The position numbers and the translations under genes are program-made. Shown here one piece after another: positions 61,155-64,000 of a DNA stretch of 64,000 nt. Under the pieces are notes generated by a model. The model was not told the DNA's origin. It did no database searches and saw only the letters and a list, made by a program, of their open reading frames with translations. Origin of the DNA: Dendrobates tinctorius (taxonomy: Eukaryota). The stretch lies in contig NW_027361677.1 of the NCBI RefSeq assembly GCF_039654945.1, positions 24,118,001 to 24,182,000 on the forward strand, read 5' to 3'. Numbering within the stretch: the first letter of the stretch is position 1; each line of letters opens with the position of its first letter.

Positions 61155-64000
61155 AAGTTTTTATTGTGTAAAAGCGCCAAAACATAAAAAAATATAAATG
61201 TGGAATCGCTGTAATTATACTGACAAACAAAAAAAAAACCCAATTCCTGAATTGCTGGTTTTTGTTCATTCTGCCTCCACAAAAATCGGAATAGATGAGT
61301 GATCAAAAAATGTCATGTCCCCGAAAATGGTACCAATAAAAAAGTAAGCTTGTCCCGCAAAAAACAAGATCTCACATGACTGTGGGTCAAAATGTGGAAA
61401 AATTATAGCGCTCAAAATATGGCGATGCAAAAACTTCTTGCACAAAAAAAGCGTATTTTAGTGTGTGACAGCAGCTAAACAAAAAAAAAGATATACATCT
61501 GGTAGCGTTGTAATCGCACTGACCTGAATAAAGTCGCCTAATCACTTTTACCGCATGATGAACTGCGTAAAAAATAAAACCAATTCTTCGCCTGCTGTGG
61601 ATTAGTTCATTCTGCCTCCCAAAGATCGCAGTAAGAGACGTTCAAAACATTTGAAGCACTTGAGACAGAATTCCCTTTGGAACGCAATATGTTCCACCAG
61701 TACCTGCAGCTGCGGCATGCATTTAATAAGCAATGGAGAAGATCGCCGGTAATGATACAGAGGGACAGATTGTTGAGTATACTTGGGGCACAGAGGAGTA
61801 CTAGGGATTTTAGAACACTTATTTACAAGGGATTGCTGGACAAGTTTTTGGACAGACATCCGTTGACGGCCAAAGTTAGGTGGATTGCGGACTTGGGAGA
61901 CCTATCGCATGTTCAATGGGAGTCGGTCTTGCAATAAATTTCTATAAGCGAGTCTGGGAGGGTGTCGCAATTATTCACCATACATAGGGTATATAGGACT
62001 CCTGTGTGGATGAAAAAGGCTCGTGTGAAAATGGATTCCAGGTGCCCGAGGTGTACGATGGATGAGGCCGATATGCTACATATGCTATGGTCCTGCCCCC
62101 GATTGCAGGCATTCTGGATAGTGGTCTTGAATTTGATAGAGTGATGGAAATAAATATTACTCAAGACCCATTGACGTGTATTTTAGGGCATGTAGATGGG
62201 TGGCAACAGACGAATGGGGCAGACTGGCGATAGCCAAAATGCGCTATGTTGCATGGAAGACTATTACATTACATTGGTTGGATGAAGATCCTCCTACTAG
62301 AAAGGAATTTGTGAAGAGAGTCAATTTCCTGATACTTATGGAGCAGCGTGTGTATATGAAGAGAGGCAAAATGAATCGCTATGAAGATATATGGGGGGGT
62401 TGGTTGGACTTTCCTGGGTTAACCTCTCTGGAACTCATCAAAGACAGGATATTAGGGTTATAGAAATGTGTGCGGCATTGTATTATATGGAAAAGGATCG
62501 TGTAAGCGTGACAGGGGGAGGGTTTTCTTAGTTTCTAAGGGGGGATTTTCTAATATTACAAAAAATGTAAGAAAAGTAATATTGCTGATATATTTATACA
62601 TGCCTATGTATTGTTATCCTTCTTATTTTCTTCAATAAAAAGTATTTGATTTAAAAAAAAAAAAAATCTCAGTAAGGCTCGGCGTACATTTATCCTGCGC
62701 TCTACGCTGAGTGCTTGCATCGGGGGTTTTCATGTAAATCTCTCTGAAATACGTGATTTACACAGAACCACCATTGGAAGATTCCCTATAATGAGGCAGA
62801 TGGAGGCACTGTGAACACTATAGGACCTGTGATCCAGCGGTGTCCTTTTTAGGTTTGCATAAATACGCAGTCCACCATAGTTTTGTGCGCCTCTGAAATG
62901 ATGGATGACCCTGATAGAGGCTAGACGGAGTCCAGAGTAACTCTGCTGCCTCACTGTAGTGAATGGATCCATCGGGGCTTTCATCTGTCACGTAGCTCAG
63001 AGATTTAGATGGAAACCCCAAAGTATGTGCTCAGCGTAGAGCGCCGGATAAATGTGATCACAAACGTTATGCAAAATGTTTCCAATAAAAGCTTCAACTC
63101 AATCCACAAAAAGAGTCCCCAGTCAGGTCTGTCATCTGTTAACAGAAATATAGGGGGCCTCCACATTACTGGCAGCACCAAAGGCTCTGGAAAAGCCAAA
63201 AGAAATTCAGCAAATTCTGCTCTCCCAAATCTAAATGCCCCCCTCGCTTGTGAGCCCCAGTGTGCATAAACCACCTTTAGCATTCACATTTGGCAAGGGT
63301 ATAATTTCCAAAATGGGGTCACTTGGGGGGATTCTGCTCTCTAGCACTTAGGGGGCTCTGTATATGGAGTCCGCAAACTAGTCTAGGAGAATCAGCGCTC
63401 CAGGAGGCAACTAATACTCCATCCCTACCGAGACTCTCCCTATGGCTAAGCATTACTGTACAGTCTTATATGGTGTATTTCTATATTCAGCAGAAATTGT
63501 GGGGCACATTCTGGTGCCAATTTTCTCCACTTGTGTGAAAATGTTCAATCTGGGGCTAAAAGAACATTTTTGTGTTTAAAAATGTAATTCTTTTTTCTTC
63601 ACTGCCCAGTGGTATACAATTCTGTGACACACCCTTGGTATCAAAATGATCACTCCAACCCTAGATTAATTCAGTGAGAGGTATAGTTTGTAAAATGGGG
63701 CCACTTATGGGGCGTTCTACTGTTCTGGCACCTCAGGGGCTCTCCCAGTGGGTCATGCCACCCTCAAACCATAACAGTAAAATCTGCTCTACAATATGGC
63801 GCTCCTTCCTTTAGAGCTTTGCACTGTGCCTCAAATGTAGTTTTCACCCACACATGATGTATTGGCACCCTCAGGAGAAATTGCACAACAAATTCTGGGG
63901 TCCATTTTCTCCAGTTACCTTTGAGAAAATAAACAATTTGGGGCTAAAAGAAAAAAATTTGCCGGAAAAAAGTTTTTTGTTTTTTTTTAAAGTTTCTTAG
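61155..64000. mobile_element. piggyBac-like non-autonomous repeat (same family as 38407-41390), interrupted by an L1
   Basis: Shared blocks such as aaaagcgccaaaacataaaaaa, ttttgttcattctgc and aaattgcacaacaa. Confidence 0.6.
61636..62662 (+). mobile_element. 5'-truncated L1/Tx1-clade LINE in TMEM231 intron 5
   Basis: Broken ORF2 C-terminus with CPRC...HMLWSCP, AATAAA at ~62634, a poly(A) tail, and a degenerate 15-bp TSD AAAGATCGCAGTAAG / AAAAATCTCAGTAAG. Confidence 0.85.

Overview
Vertebrate nuclear DNA, probably anuran (inferred from its repeat families). It carries the conserved syntenic block KARS1(+) - ADAT1(+) - GABARAPL2(-) - TMEM231(+). I could splice by eye the last 6 coding exons of KARS1, a complete 10-exon ADAT1 (451 aa), a complete 4-exon GABARAPL2 (117 aa) and the first 5 coding exons of TMEM231. 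Main oddities: (1) a ~5-7 kb segmental duplication (about 23.1-28.5 kb vs 41.4-48.55 kb) gives ADAT1 two intact candidate last exons that differ only by non-synonymous changes, and leaves a crippled GABARAPL2 copy without its lipidation glycine; (2) the ADAT1 start codon appears split by an intron (AT|G); (3) TMEM231 has a GC-AG intron; (4) an intact, young DD34E Tc1 transposon has its empty site visible in the other duplicate; (5) Penelope-type inverted repeats carry minimal hammerhead-ribozyme motifs; (6) there is a foldback array of tRNA-derived SINE heads, a four-level nested insertion, and large minisatellites next to the promoters. All calls were made by eye and no database search was run.
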